From assembly GCA_010093815.1 (NCBI GenBank), contig ML996590.1: DNA of 48,827 nucleotides; one strand, 5' to 3'. The stretch is from Pseudovirgaria hyperparasitica. Taxonomy: Eukaryota. The position numbers and the translations under genes are program-made. Numbering within the stretch: the first letter of the stretch is position 1; every line of letters starts with the position of its first letter. Below the pieces are notes generated by a model. The model did not search any database and was not told where the DNA came from. It was given only the letters and a program-made list of their open reading frames with translations. Below, piece after piece: positions 1-12,978 of the stretch.

Positions 1-194
1 AGTCTATTACGGCTAGATCCTATTATATAACTCTATTTAGATATATATTCCTTATATAAGGAATATTATATATCTATTTATACCTACCCTTTTTACACTA
101 TTAAAAAGGGGCTCGCTTAGCTTTATTAAGTAAGGAGAGAGTAGTAGCGCGGGCGTAGTATACTAGCGTTAAGTATACCTAGGGTCTACTCTTA

Positions 195-1498
195 ATATAT
201 ACTATATCTAGAGCCCTTAAGATAGAAGCTACTATATACTAGATTATAGCCTCTATATAGAGAACTACCTAGAATAAGATATACTAGCTATATATCTCTA
301 TAGTAAGACCCGCCTTTATATATAGATATAAGTACTAGTATATAGCCCTTATATAAGCTAGATAAATAAAACTTAAGTCTATATAGAATTATATACTCTA
401 TCTTATATCTAGTATATATAAAGCTACTAATATAGTACTATTATAAAGAGAGATAAACGTAATAAGTATATAGAACTTCTACTAGATATAGAGAGTAATA
501 TACTTTATTAAATAATAAGTATAGAAATATATAGAATATATAGAATATACTTTTACTATACTATATATTTAAGTTAGTATCTACTATTAGATACTTTTAT
601 ATATAGACTAGACTTAAATATAGTATAAGTATCTAATAGAGATAGACTTAAATTAGATTATATAAGAGATTAGAGATAATCTAGATATCTCTCTAGACTA
701 GTAGAACTCTTAGAAACTTATATAAACTATATAATTATAGATCTAGAATAAATAGAGAGAAACTCTCTAAATCTATTAGATATTCTAATAGAATAGATAT
801 CTAGAGTAGATTTAAGAACTATAGAAGGAACTAAGTAAATAGATATATAAAGGACTTATAAAAGTCTAGATATCTATTCTCCTCTAAGTCTAAATAAAAG
901 CTATAGAACTTCTATACTATCTATATTAGAGGGGTATTCTAGATATATCTCTATAGTATAAAATATATAGCTAGATAGATATAATATAATATTATCTTAT
1001 AATATACCTAGACCTCTATATATAAAGATAATTACTTATTTATATAATAAGAATCTCTAATATTATATATTAGCTTAATAAGTACTCTAAGAAGATTACT
1101 AGATAGATACTTATATATCTTCTACTTTCTTAGTATTAATAGACCTAGATATATATACTAGAAGAAACTAGGTATATAATAGATAGACCCTAGTATATAC
1201 TAGATAGACTCTAGTATATACTAGAAGAACTCTAGAAGAACTCTAATTATTAGTTAAGGATAACCCTTAACTAATAACTTCTATACTCTATATATACTAT
1301 CTAAGAGTAAAATAATAGTACTATAGATTATAGGCCTATAGATATTTCTAATAGCTATATACTTAAGATAATATAAAGACTTAATAAGATATAGTTATAG
1401 AGAGAAGAGAGTTTTTCTTTTATAGAGGTTTCTTCTTATATAATAGCTTAGACTAGAGAAGGTATATATCTATAGAGTAGACTACTCTATCTAGTTAT

Positions 1499-1529
<31 letters not shown>

Positions 1530-1530
1530 A
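195..1530 (+). mobile_element. 3' fragment of Tad1-like LINE, heavily RIP-mutated, ending in (TAT)n tail
   Basis: Reverse-complement match to 8089-9390 (e.g. tagaagctactatata..agattatagcctc). Carries the same 3' UTR hairpin near 1247-1277 and a (TAT)n tail at ~1505-1530. Left boundary approximate. Confidence 0.85.
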
Positions 1531-1537
1531 TATTATA

Positions 1538-1630
1538 GGTTATTATACTTAGTATACTCTATTAATTAATATATATAGATTACTATATTACCCTAAATTC
1601 ACTAGTTTTAGTCTCTTAGAGTATAAGAAG
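1538..1630 (-). mobile_element. Isolated 5' terminal fragment (~95 bp) of the same LINE family
   Basis: Direct similarity to 20664-20755 (ttatacttagtatactctat...gagaagt), the 5' end of the full-length LINE. Confidence 0.75.
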
Positions 1631-2658
1631 TTTTTTCTAATTAGATATATATAGTATCTCTATATAGTTAGATATTAAATTAGATTACTCTAAAGTAGCT
1701 ATAGAGTATATTTATACTAGAGATAAAGGTTCTAGAAGAAAAATAGAGACTTCTATTAATTAATAGCTATAGAAGCTATATAGAGATTAACTTTATATAT
1801 ATATACTAGATAAATAGAATCTATATAGTCTATTTATCTACTTATACTAGCTATATACTATAGCTACTTAATTTAGATTATTTTTCTAGTCTAAAGAAAA
1901 AATATTATAATCTTCTTAATAAATTAATATATCTTAATAATATAACTCTACTAAAGAAGCTTTAATTTATTAAGTACTACTATAAGACTTAGAAATAATA
2001 GTTATAACTATCTTAGATAATAGAAGAATAGAGAGCTATAGAGATATATCTATTTATTACTTAAAAGAGATAAATAGTTCTTTTATATTCTCTAATTTAG
2101 ATAAGTATCTAAGAACTCTATCTCTATTTATATAATAATAGAATCTAGCTAATATATCTTATAGCTCTTAAGATATATATTATAGAATAGATATACTCTA
2201 ATCTAATAGTAAGCTATTAAATAAAACTTAAGATCTATTATTCTTATTAGTATAGTCTATAGAATAACTAATAGCTAATATTAGATAATTAGAGATATAT
2301 ATAGCTAAGCTTAAGACTTAAAATAATAGTCTAATCTAAAAAAGAAAATAGAAGAAGATTAAAATAGACCTTAATAAATAATTTATAAATATTATATATA
2401 TAAAAAAGACTATAGATAAGAAGAAGAAGAAGAAGAAGAAGAAGATAGTAGTAGAAGTGGTTTAAGCTATTAAATATATAGAAAAGCTTAAGAAATTAGA
2501 GACTTAATTACTATTAACTAGATAGATAGTCTCTAAGAAGATATATAAGGCTTATTTATATAAATTTACTCTATTTTAAGTATATAGTTATTAATATAGG
2601 CATTTAGAGTTACACTTAAATCACGTGGTTTATTAGTAGGTTGGCTTATTAGTAGGTA
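1631..2658 (+). mobile_element. Fot1/pogo-type (Tc1-mariner superfamily, DDE_1) DNA transposon relic: 3' half of transposase plus 3' terminal inverted repeat
   Basis: At ~1745-1910 the frame reads LLINSYRSYIEINF..YLSTYTSYIL*LLNL, which de-RIPs to LLIDGHGSH..YLPAHTSHILQPLDL. Upstream is a GW.SN.IAL.WL..VFIPE-like segment; downstream is a basic C-terminal K.DPN..F segment. The end at 2606-2658 has tandem ttattagtagg subrepeats followed by TA. Confidence 0.8.
2606..2652 (+). repeat. 47-bp inverted repeat, left copy (transposon TIR)
   Basis: Ungapped 39/47 identity to the reverse complement of 5023-5069; 6 of 8 mismatches are transitions. Confidence 0.85.
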
Positions 2659-2707
2659 TATTAACTTAACTCGAAACATAATATCTATACATGCAATCAC
2701 CGACATA

Positions 2708-3814
2708 ATGTCAGAACCATTTACCTACCCCTTCGCTACCTCCCCTGATATAGTACGCTCTCACCAAAAGGACGCCTACTTCCAAGGCGTTCTCCTTGAA
2801 CAGCTGTCTAGCATTCTTCGCAATGTCTATGGCGCCCGATTCGCACACACATATACGTCCGAAACACGTACTTTTACAGATATGCTCTACCTGGGGCTGA
2901 CCACATTCATCGGAAATCGTACGCTTGGCGAAGAATACTGCGATATCGTGCAAGTCGAAAATGATACGCTCGCCCTTCCAAGTGTCGTCTACCGCAGCGG
3001 ATATATCATTAGCACAATCCTCGTCCCATATGCGCTGAATCGCGGTCTACCCACCTTTCGCCGACGGGTGCGCTGGAAGCTAGAGGCCAGTTTGCGCCGC
3101 TCAGAGAGACAGCAGAAGGCTGGCGGTAGACCGACGAGTATACCGTACCATATTCGCACATATCTCCTCGCAAACCTCGATACCATCACCTCGCCTTCGC
3201 CTCTATATGCGCTTTCTCTGGTGACCTTTTACTTCTCCGGCTCATATTATCACCTGAGCAAGCGCCTGCTTGGACTGCGGTATATTTTCACGCGGCGCAT
3301 TGAGGAGTCGGATCAGCGCGTTGGCTATGAAGTCTTAGGAATGCTACTCGTCATGCAGATGGCCGTACAAGCCTGGTTCCACATACATCACACTGCGTCA
3401 ACGCTAAAAGCGTTGGAATCTTCAACACTGGTCGGGACGTCAGCGGTTCTTGGCGATTGCGTCGAAGTCAGTCTGAACCCGAAAGACTATAGTAGTAACA
3501 ACGCGCTGTTGTTCGAAGGGGACTCTAGAGGATATGCAGAGGATAACTTATCTGATATACAGAAGATTACACGCATATCGGTTTTGCAGGGACCGAGGTA
3601 TAGATTGGAGGATGGAGAGCGATTAGCGTGGATACATGAGGAAAGACAGCGGAGATGTACACTCTGTCTGGAAGGAATGAAAGAACCTAGCGTGACAACA
3701 TGTGGTCATGTGTTCTGCTGGACATGCATTGGAGATTGGTGTAGGGAAAAGCCGGAATGTCCGCTATGTCGGCAGACGAGCATGGTACAGCATATACTGC
3801 CGCTAAGGGGATGA
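2708..3814 (+). CDS. PEX10: Peroxisome biogenesis factor 10 (RING-finger peroxin), 368 aa, single exon
   Basis: N-terminal YPFATSPDIVRSHQKD, TLGEEY motif of Pex2/10/12 proteins, YYHLSKR, and C-terminal C3HC4 RING CTLC..CGHVFCWTC..ECPLCRQ. Normal base composition with no RIP bias. Confidence 0.96.
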   Translation: MSEPFTYPFATSPDIVRSHQKDAYFQGVLLEQLSSILRNVYGARFAHTYTSETRTFTDMLYLGLTTFIGNRTLGEEYCDIVQVENDTLALPSVVYRSGYIISTILVPYALNRGLPTFRRRVRWKLEASLRRSERQQKAGGRPTSIPYHIRTYLLANLDTITSPSPLYALSLVTFYFSGSYYHLSKRLLGLRYIFTRRIEESDQRVGYEVLGMLLVMQMAVQAWFHIHHTASTLKALESSTLVGTSAVLGDCVEVSLNPKDYSSNNALLFEGDSRGYAEDNLSDIQKITRISVLQGPRYRLEDGERLAWIHEERQRRCTLCLEGMKEPSVTTCGHVFCWTCIGDWCREKPECPLCRQTSMVQHILPLRG

Positions 3815-3984
3815 CGAAATTAAATGCTGTGTTATACCCAACATGACACACCAGTATATCATTATTCATCGCCAGTGCGTCAAGTCTCGAAGTATATAGA
3901 GCTTTCGTTGACGCATATAGTACAGGTCGACTGTGCTAGAGTCCTAAGCTGAAGCTTATGTTGATCCTCCGCCCACCGGACTAC

Positions 3985-4870
3985 CTAATTAACCTGGGTT
4001 CCATATCCTCTGATTTGGTCAGCAAACGCCCAGCTCTGGTTTTCCAATTTCTCATTCTCCTTGAGCTCTACACCTGATTCTTTCGTTATGACAGCGATGC
4101 TGTAGTTGTCTAAACTCCTGGCATCCCGGTAGAACAGCACCTTCATGCTCTCTTTCACCAACTCCACGGCTTGGTCCTTGGTAGTCTGCTGAACCGCTTC
4201 CTCATCGGGCACCGTTCTTCTAAGAATAGGCACCGCAAGATGCGCACCAAAACCTGTCGCAAGTGTTGGACTAGAGAATTTCGTGCCCAGAAGATCGACT
4301 GACGCAAGAAATGGCATATCTTCACCGTCGAGTCCCGCAACAAGGATGGCGTTCCAAAGAGGATCAAATTTTGAGCGGCGAGCATACATAACCTTTGAAA
4401 GGTAAGTGTGCAGGTTTCTGGCGTGCAGAGGCTGGTCACTGTTACTGTAATTTTCGTTCGTGTCGAGCGAGCCAAGAGTACGATCGAGGTATTGCATGTC
4501 CGAGACGTCGCCCCCGAAGCCGATTACGGACTGGGAATTGAATTTGCGGAGTCGCTTGACGTCGGTGAAGCGCGCAAGGGATCCATATGATGCTGTAGCG
4601 AGAACATGTTAGCTTCTTCGGATGGACCAAAGGAGACGCTGACCTAGATTGTCTGCTGCAATGACCACACCATCTTTGAACTTCACTGCGATCACTGACG
4701 TCCCAGTCACGATCGGTTGTTGTGTATGCTGCATCGGTCCAGAGGTGTGAAGATGGGAATGGTCGTAGTCGCCGTAGATTTCATACCTGGGCTACAACAC
4801 AGTAAGCTTGCTGTCCTGTGGTTGCGCTGGCGTGGCTTACGCGACCCCAAACTTCTGGATGGCAGTCCAT
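3985..4870 (-). CDS. PRE4: 20S proteasome subunit beta-7, 261 aa; exons 4870-4841, 4791-4644, 4592-3985
   Basis: Spliced translation [86 protein letters not shown]. Introns 4840-4792 (GTAAGC..TAG, 49 nt) and 4643-4593 (GTCAGC..GCTAAC..CAG, 51 nt). Total 786 nt, in frame. Confidence 0.96.
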
Positions 4871-5022
4871 GATGACAGGAGTTCTGGTAGATTTGGTTAG
4901 AAGGTGACGGATTCTTATGGTTAACACGGAGGTATCTAGAGTAGATGAGGATGGATAGCCGGGGATGTAAAGGCGGAGCCAGGTTGGAATCAGAACGAAA
5001 GTAGCTCTATGTTAGAGAGCTT

Positions 5023-5069
5023 CTAATAGGCTACCCTACTAATGAATCACTTAATTTAAGTATAACTCT
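5023..5069 (-). repeat. 47-bp inverted repeat, right copy (end of a related transposon relic probably extending to ~5360)
   Basis: Reverse complement of 2606-2652 (39/47). It sits where the GC-normal island switches to RIP-type sequence. Confidence 0.8.
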
Positions 5070-5359
5070 TATATAGAAAGAATATTTAGTACTAGACTTA
5101 TATATATTTATAGTAGATAGCTAGGCTAGATTAATATATTAATTAACTTTACTATATAAAATCTAGTAAAGTTTCTATACTTTATATCTATACTAAGTAC
5201 TATATTCTTAAGATATATAAACTTATATTAAGAAACTTATATATATTTAAAGAAGATTATTCTATATCTCTAAAGTAACTAAATTAGTTTATATAAAGTC
5301 TAAGAAAAGTATAAAAATTTCTATTTTAAAAGAGAAAGTATATTAGATATACTTCTATA

Positions 5360-5362
<3 letters not shown>

Positions 5363-5456
<94 letters not shown>

Positions 5457-5466
5457 NNNNNNNNNN

Positions 5467-5560
<94 letters not shown>
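5363..5560. repeat. (AAT)n microsatellite spanning an assembly gap; expanded LINE tail
   Basis: Pure AAT array with Ns at 5457-5466, directly followed by the LINE 3' terminus atataactagatagagta. Confidence 0.9.
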
Positions 5561-5561
<1 letters not shown>

Positions 5562-6130
5562 TAATATATAACTAGATAGAGTATTTCTCTATAGATATAT
5601 ATTATCTATAGATTTTTATCTAATACTTCTTATACTCTAGTAGACTAAACTAGTTAATTTAAAGTAATATAATAATTTATATATATTAAATAATAGAGTA
5701 TACTAAGTATAATAATAATATTATTATTATTATATAACTAGATAGAGTAGTACTCTATAGATCTATATCTTCTTTAGTCTAAGCTATTATATAAGAAGAA
5801 ACCCTAGAGAAAAACTTTCTTATATTAATAATTATATTCTATTAAACCTCTATTATATCTTAAGTATATAGTTATAGTATATGTCTATTAGTCTATAGTC
5901 TATATTATTATTATCTTTACCCTTAGATAGTATATATAGATATAGAGATTATTAGTTAAGGACTATTCTTAACTAATAATTAGAGTTCTTCTAAGGTTCT
6001 TCTAGTATATATTATAGTATATAGTAAGATAGTAGTATATTATATCTCTCTAGCTATATACTTTATACTATAAAGAAATATTAGAGATATCTCTCTTATA
6101 GAGATGGTATAGAAGTTCTATAATATCTAT
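5561..6130. mobile_element. Cluster of LINE fragments: short 3' end (-, ~5561-5600), 5' end (+, ~5625-5712), 3' fragment (-, ~5713-6130)
   Basis: Similarity to 8107-8690 (with an internal deletion) and to the reverse complement of 20664-20755. Confidence 0.75.
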
Positions 6131-9100
6131 TTAAACTATAATAAACCTTCTAGATAAGAGTATAGCTTATCTCTAAAGTAGTCTATTATATAGAGTATTC
6201 TAGCTTTTTAAAAGATAAGAATACTTAGAAGACTTAGAAGAGTATAAGTAGACTTATTATAAGAATTATAGACGTAGAATAGTAGTCTAATAGATTATAG
6301 AAGAATTTAGAAATATATTTAAAAGAGTAGTCTACTCTTATAATAAGATTAATTTCTAAAGAGTAGTAATTAAGTATATATAGTCTACTTATATAGTACC
6401 CTTACTTAATCTAGCTAACTTAACCTAGATCTATTTATTATAGAACTATACTAGAATATAGTAGTCTAGTTAAGTCTATTCTAGTACTAGTTTTAATAAT
6501 ATTCTTCTTCTTTTTATACTTCGCTCTAAAGTACTTAACTATATATAAATCTATAATTCTATAAGTATTATATTTATATATATATCTAATTAAATCTATA
6601 TAATATTATTAATAGTCTTTATATTAGTAAACTTAAAACTCTAGTTTACTTTTATTAACTTATATATATACTTATCTCTTACTTTCTAGCTACTACCTTA
6701 GAGATAGCTCTATAGATTATATAACTACTATATTATCTAAGCTTATATTTAGTTCTCTTATTCTAAATTTTCTTCTTTAGTATATCTATCTTACTCTTAA
6801 GATAAGTTATTAATTTATATACTATTTTTCTTAGTTTAGATCTATTTAGATCTAGAGTAGTCTATTCTTATTAGAGCTAGTTCTATATAATCTATTTATA
6901 TTATTATAGTTACTAATTTAGCTTTCTTAATCGCCCTTAAGACTAAATAAGTATTCTATTCTTAGATCTCTAGCTAATATATATATATATAGATACCTAA
7001 TACTAGTTCTATTTCTAAGTCTATCTTCTTCTCTTATAAGACTTACTCTAAAGAGATTATCTCTACTCTAGCTATACTAGCTAAAAAGTCTACTTATTAT
7101 AGTAGTATAAAGATATACTCTAAGTTAGAGAAGAAGATAGCTAAGACTACTACTACTATTACTACTAAGGTAGCTATTAGTTACTCTAATCTAGATAATT
7201 CTAGTACTAGTATTATAGAAGAAGTAGCTATAAAGTCTACTTCTACTTTCTTATACTATCTATCTACTCTATCTTCTTTAGAGAATAAAGAAGATCTTAT
7301 TATAGATAATAATTAAGAGTTTATACTATTACTACTTTACTCTAAATACTATTTCTCTTTTTAGTCTAATATAGACTAACTTAGTTACTCTAGATTCTTT
7401 TAGAACCTTATTATTTATTCTAAGTCTAGCTCTACTAATAATAAGGTCTAGATTACTAAAGATACTAAATATAGTTATAGCTTATACTATAGAAAAATAG
7501 TAAACTATAGTTTAATATACTATAAGTATATTAAGACTTATATAACTAGCTCTAAATATATCTTTTACTTTAATTCTAGTATTAGTTATTACTCTACTAA
7601 CTCTAATAGTTCTATATATTCTATCTTTACTCTATCTATCTATTACTACTACTATACTATTTTTAGTAAAGTTTATCTTTAAATAAGTCTATTAGACTAT
7701 TTTAGTCTAGAGTAATTCTAAGTTATCTATACTAATATATTTTTAGATTTCTATTTATATATAAGATATATATAATAATCTTTATATCTATAAGACTTTT
7801 AGTAGTTCTAGTAATTATCTAGCTTCTATATATAGAGAGTTTCGAGAATACTATAAGCTCTTTCTAGAGGTTATTTAAGTATAAGTTTAGAAACTATTAA
7901 TTATTTTTAACTCTAGCTTATATTTCTAGTTACTATAAAGTCTCTAGTATCTAGACTATCTATTCTAGAGAGTTAGTTTTAGCTACTAAGGCTATAGAAG
8001 AGATTTAGAGTATTCTCTCTTATCTAACTTATACTATTAATAGATCTTATAAGAGGTCTACTAGTTCTTTCTCTAAGTTATCTTATAATAATAATAATAA
8101 TAATAATATTATATAACTAGGTAGAGTAGTACTCTATAGGCCTATACCTCCTCTAGTCTAAGCCACTATATAAGAAGAAACCCTATAGGGAAAAACTTCC
8201 TTATATCTATAACTATATCTCGTTAAACCTCTATTTTATCTTAAGTATATAGCTATAGGGTACGCCTATTAGCCTATAGCCTATATTACTATTATTTTAC
8301 CCTTAGGTAGTACGTATAGATACGGAGGTTATTAGTTAAGGGCTGCCCTCGACTAATAATCGGGGTTCTCCCGGGGTTCTTCCGGTATATATCGGGTTAC
8401 TACCGGCGTATACCGGGTCTCTTCTAGTATATATTTCTAGATCTACTAGTACTAGAGGAGTAGTAGATATATAAGTATCTATTAGGAGACGTCCTTAGAG
8501 TACTTATTAAGCTATTATACGATATCTAAAGTCTTTATAATATAGATAAGCTATTACTATTATATATAGAGGTTAGGGTATATAGCTAGATAGTAGCGTA
8601 TTATACCTCTACGGCTATACGCCTTATACTATAGAGAGGTATTAGGAACGCCTCTCTTATAGATATAGTATAGAAGTTCTATAGCGTCTATTCGGGCTTA
8701 GATAAGTATAGATACTTAGGCTTTCGTTAGCCCTTTATATATCTATTTACTTAGTTCCTTCTATAGCCCTTAAATCTACTCTAGATATCTATTCTACTAG
8801 GAGGTCTAGTAGGTATAGAGTGTCTCTTTCTACTTATCTTAAGTCTACGACTATATATTTTTTATAAGTTCTTAAAGGCTCTACTAGTCTAGAAGAGCGT
8901 CCGGGTTATCTTAGACTTCTTATACTACTTAGCTAGAGTTAGCTTCTATTAAGCATCTATACCGTATTTAATTCCGGCCTATATATAGAAGTATATAGTA
9001 ATATATACTAATTCGCGCGCGTAGCGCGGCGAAAGTATATTCTATATTTTCTATACGTTCCTATACTTATTATTTAGTAAAGTATACTACCCTCTATATC

Positions 9101-12100
9101 TAGTAGAAGTTATATATACTTATAACGTCTATCTCGCGTTATAGTAGTACCGTATTAGTAGCTTTATATACGTCTAATATAAGACGGAGTATATAGTTCT
9201 ATATAGATTTAAGCTTTATTCGCCTAGTCTATATAAGGGCTGTATACTAGTACTTATATCCGTACGTGAAGGCGGGTCGTGCTATAGATATATATAGCTA
9301 GCGTGTCTTATTCTAGGCGGTTCCCTACGTGGAGGCTATAATCTATTATATAGTAGCTTCTACCTAGAGGGCCCTAGAGATAGTATATACTACTTATAGT
9401 CCCTATTTAAGCTTACTATCTAGTATAACTCCGAGCGCGTGTATGCTTTATACTAGTAGTTTATTAAATACGTTAATTTAGGGGCGTTATTCGCCTTCCC
9501 TAGTTATCTATTTCTCTTAACGATTAATAAAGTATATAAGCTAGTATTTCTCCGGGGCGAACTTTACTCTATAGCGTTTTACCTACTAGAGGCACCTCTC
9601 GTGGTCCTATTCTAGTTATCTATATATTTAGTTAGTATTATTATTAATAGCTAGGAGGTATATATTATTAGCGTATCCGACTATCTCTATATACTTTATT
9701 TCTTAAAGAAGGTCTACCGTAAAGAAGAGGAATAGGATTAGAGAGATAGTACTCCCTTATAGGATGCCGTATACCATCTCTTTATATTTACTCTAGTACC
9801 TAGAGATATATATCTAAGTTATTCTTCCTATAAGGAATAACTATATAAAGTATATAATCTATTCTAGTATTCGTCTTATCTAGAGATTATAAATAAGTCT
9901 TATATAGTTTACCTTATTAAACGCTCCGGCTATATCGAGGGAGAGAAGCAATACTACCCGTCCCTATTTCTATACAGCCTAGACAACTTTAATAATATAT
10001 TAGATAGCTATTATTAGGGAGCTATCTACCTTTACCTTCTAGTTCGGAGGGAGGAGATTATATTCCTATACCGCGGTACTTATCTTCTTCGCTATTATAG
10101 TCTCTAGTATCTTACCTAGGTAGAAGAGAAGGGCGATTAGTCTCTATCCCTTTAGGGAGTTAGGGCTCTTTCCTAGTTTCGGGAGTATAATAGTATAGAC
10201 GACTTAGAAGCTCTAGGGGTAGTACCCCTACGTGACGCATGCTTAGAATATATAAGTAATAAGTAGTAGGGTTGCTTTTATAGTACTTTTTAGGTATTAA
10301 TTTAGAATTCTATCTAGTCTAGGTACTTTATTATTTAGGAGTATCTTAATAATATTAAGTATATTCTCCTCCGTAACTTCTTCGGGGATATCTACCACGT
10401 ATAGATATTTAGCGCCGTGAACGTCTAATAGGTCTACTAGTTCTAGGAGAGGGAATATAGCCTTCTATAGAGCCTTAGTTTTCTTAAGGCCCGTGGAGTA
10501 TATTCTCCCCTAATATATTAGGGGAGGTATAAGTAGTAGGGGTGTCGGAGTATCTACGCCCTTAGTCTATTTCGCTATACGCTATAGCCCTATTACGTAT
10601 CATATCTATTAACTAGTAATTATACGCTACTATTTACGCCTTTTGTTATAGAGAACTTTATCGCGTTATTATATTACTTCCTTCTATTCTTTCTACGACT
10701 CGGGTATTCTTATATAGTATACGTGTCTATATAGCCTTTAGGCGTCTTATCTACTTTCCTATACTCGAGGAATCCCCTTTACTTCTAGGGGCCGGTATAT
10801 TTAGTATAGTACGTGTTTATTTCTCGTATTCTAGTATATTTATAGGAGTATCTATACGGCCTAGTCTATGGCTAGGTTATTAGATATATCGACTATAGAG
10901 GGATCTAGGATCGCCGATTCTAGGTCCTTTAGATACTTTTTCTAGTCGGTGTCCTTCTATATCTATCGTCCCTATTATTTATTCGGGGTATATATATTTA
11001 TTATAGTTTCTATATATTTATAGTCGGAATCCGTCTATACCTAGCCTAGGCGGTAGTATTAGATCTAGTAACTAATATACTCCGTAGTAAAGATAAGGTT
11101 AAGCGTAGACCCGTCTTTATTCTATTTATGTTTTTTCTATATAACTTATTCTATAGGTGTAAGTAGATATAGGAAGTCATGGTAGCGGGTACGTAGTTCC
11201 CTTACTCTAAGTTCTTCCCTAACTACGGCTAGACCTCTCTACTATCGGTGGTAGAGGTTAAAGTCTCCTAGAAGGATATATTACCCTAGTTCTATAGTAC
11301 CCTCGAGCATCTTCTCTAGTATATGTATATATTATTAGTTATATATGTTATATATATATAGGGGGCCTATATCTATTTATAGGTGTAGTGTTATCCTAAG
11401 GTTATCGCGCTTAGTATATAACTATAATAAGAGTAGTATTAACCTATGAATGTGGAAGAGGACTCGTCTTTCTAGTCCTAGAGGGTATATAGTATAGTAT
11501 CTAGGGTGTGTGGTTAGTTTACTCGTCTAGTAGTATTTATAGGGTTTCTAGATAGCGAGTATTATAGCCCTAGTCTCTTTAAGGAGCGTTACCTAGTTCT
11601 CTCTTTTATATTATATATTTACCTATATAATTTAGAGTATATTCTAGTCCCTTATTAGGTACTAGGGAGTATATATACCTATATACTTATTCCTTAGAGG
11701 CGCGACTATCCTCGCGCGGTAGCGGCTTTAACTATACCTTTTAGTTATTCTATTATCTTTAGAATAGTCTACTATCCCGCCTAACTACCTTCCGGAGGGG
11801 AGGTTAGGGGTGTTATAAAGGAAGGGCTCGTGGTAGGTGTTATATTCTATAACTATCTCGCGCCTCTCGCTTTTATCGTATGAATATATTCTATGACCTA
11901 TTTATATTTTATATACGTTAATAACCATAATAGGTGTTTCCTATTATAGTTTAAATACTATACTATATCCCTGTTTCTTAGTCCGTCTCCTCGCGGTTTA
12001 TAAGGGTACTTCTAGATAGCGTGGTCTCTACGGTACTATCCGTACTTAGTCTTCTATAAGTATCTTTATATAGTGTATCTATACCCTTAATAGTTAAAGT

Positions 12101-12978
12101 ACTATATTATTACCTATGCCCTATTCTATAGCTCGGCCATAAGGAGCTCTCCTTCTATTAGGAATCCCTTCTATATAATATATTATACGAGGGCGGGGTC
12201 TCGGAGCTCTATAATTATAGTAGAGTGTTTTTTTACCGTTATCTTAATCGCCTATAGGTTCTTCTACCACGCTTTTATAATCTTAATCCCTAGGTATTTT
12301 CGCGTGTTAGATTATTCTATACGCGTAATATCCTCTACTCCGATAGCCTATCCCTATATAAATACTATATATACTATAATTAGGTATATAGCTACCCTAA
12401 TAGACGCGCCGGGGAAGATACTATCTATTATATTTAGATCTCGCGAGATGTTTTACTATATAGTATTCGTTATAGTAGTAAGTACTACCCTATCTAGTGT
12501 AACTTTAGTAGCCACGACGCTTAACTATATTCCTTTCTATTTATTAATCTTATTTATAATTTCCTTTAGGGATGTCTATTAGACCTACGCTAGCGTGTCC
12601 TTATCCTAGATTACGACACGTATACTATATACTCTATCTATGGTCCTAGTAGTCCTTAGTATAGTAGCTCCGGGTATTACTATAATCTAAGCCTACGTGT
12701 TAGGGCGCTTATCTTAGAATAGCTCTTCCTAGATTCTCCGTAGGCTGGCTTCTATTTAGTTAAGTCTACTACTAGGTTCCTCTCGTAGTAACTTCCTTTC
12801 TTTCTCTATAATTTCTCTTAGGTTCCGGATAAGGTCCTAGAATATATAAAGGAGAGTCTTCTTTCCCTCCTCGGCGTCCCTCTCTATATGTATTACCTAG
12901 TATTTAATTTTATCTAGGAGGGTCTCCCCTCTTAGGGTCCCCTCGGTCTAGGTTATCTATAGTACTTTATACCCTTAG

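Noticed and set aside
2708..3814. PEX10 as a retrocopy because it lacks introns
   Set aside because: No poly(A) remnant or TSD, the neighbour PRE4 keeps its introns, and ortholog intron status cannot be checked here.
2711..4630. Small alternative-frame ORFs overlapping PEX10 and PRE4
   Set aside because: Shadow ORFs of real genes; 3985-4497 is only part of PRE4 exon 3.
2605..5070. Pack-hAT element with inward-facing TIRs carrying PEX10 and PRE4
   Set aside because: The outer TAGAG start looked hAT-like, but there is no 8-bp TSD (taggcatt versus atatagaa), and the left repeat directly terminates a Fot1/pogo transposase and is followed by TA. Disfavoured, not strictly excluded.
8107..8360. 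Repeated segment as an LTR, or a DIRS/Penelope terminal repeat
   Set aside because: It carries a simple-repeat tail and long TSDs and lies downstream of APE/RT motifs, so it is a LINE 3' UTR.
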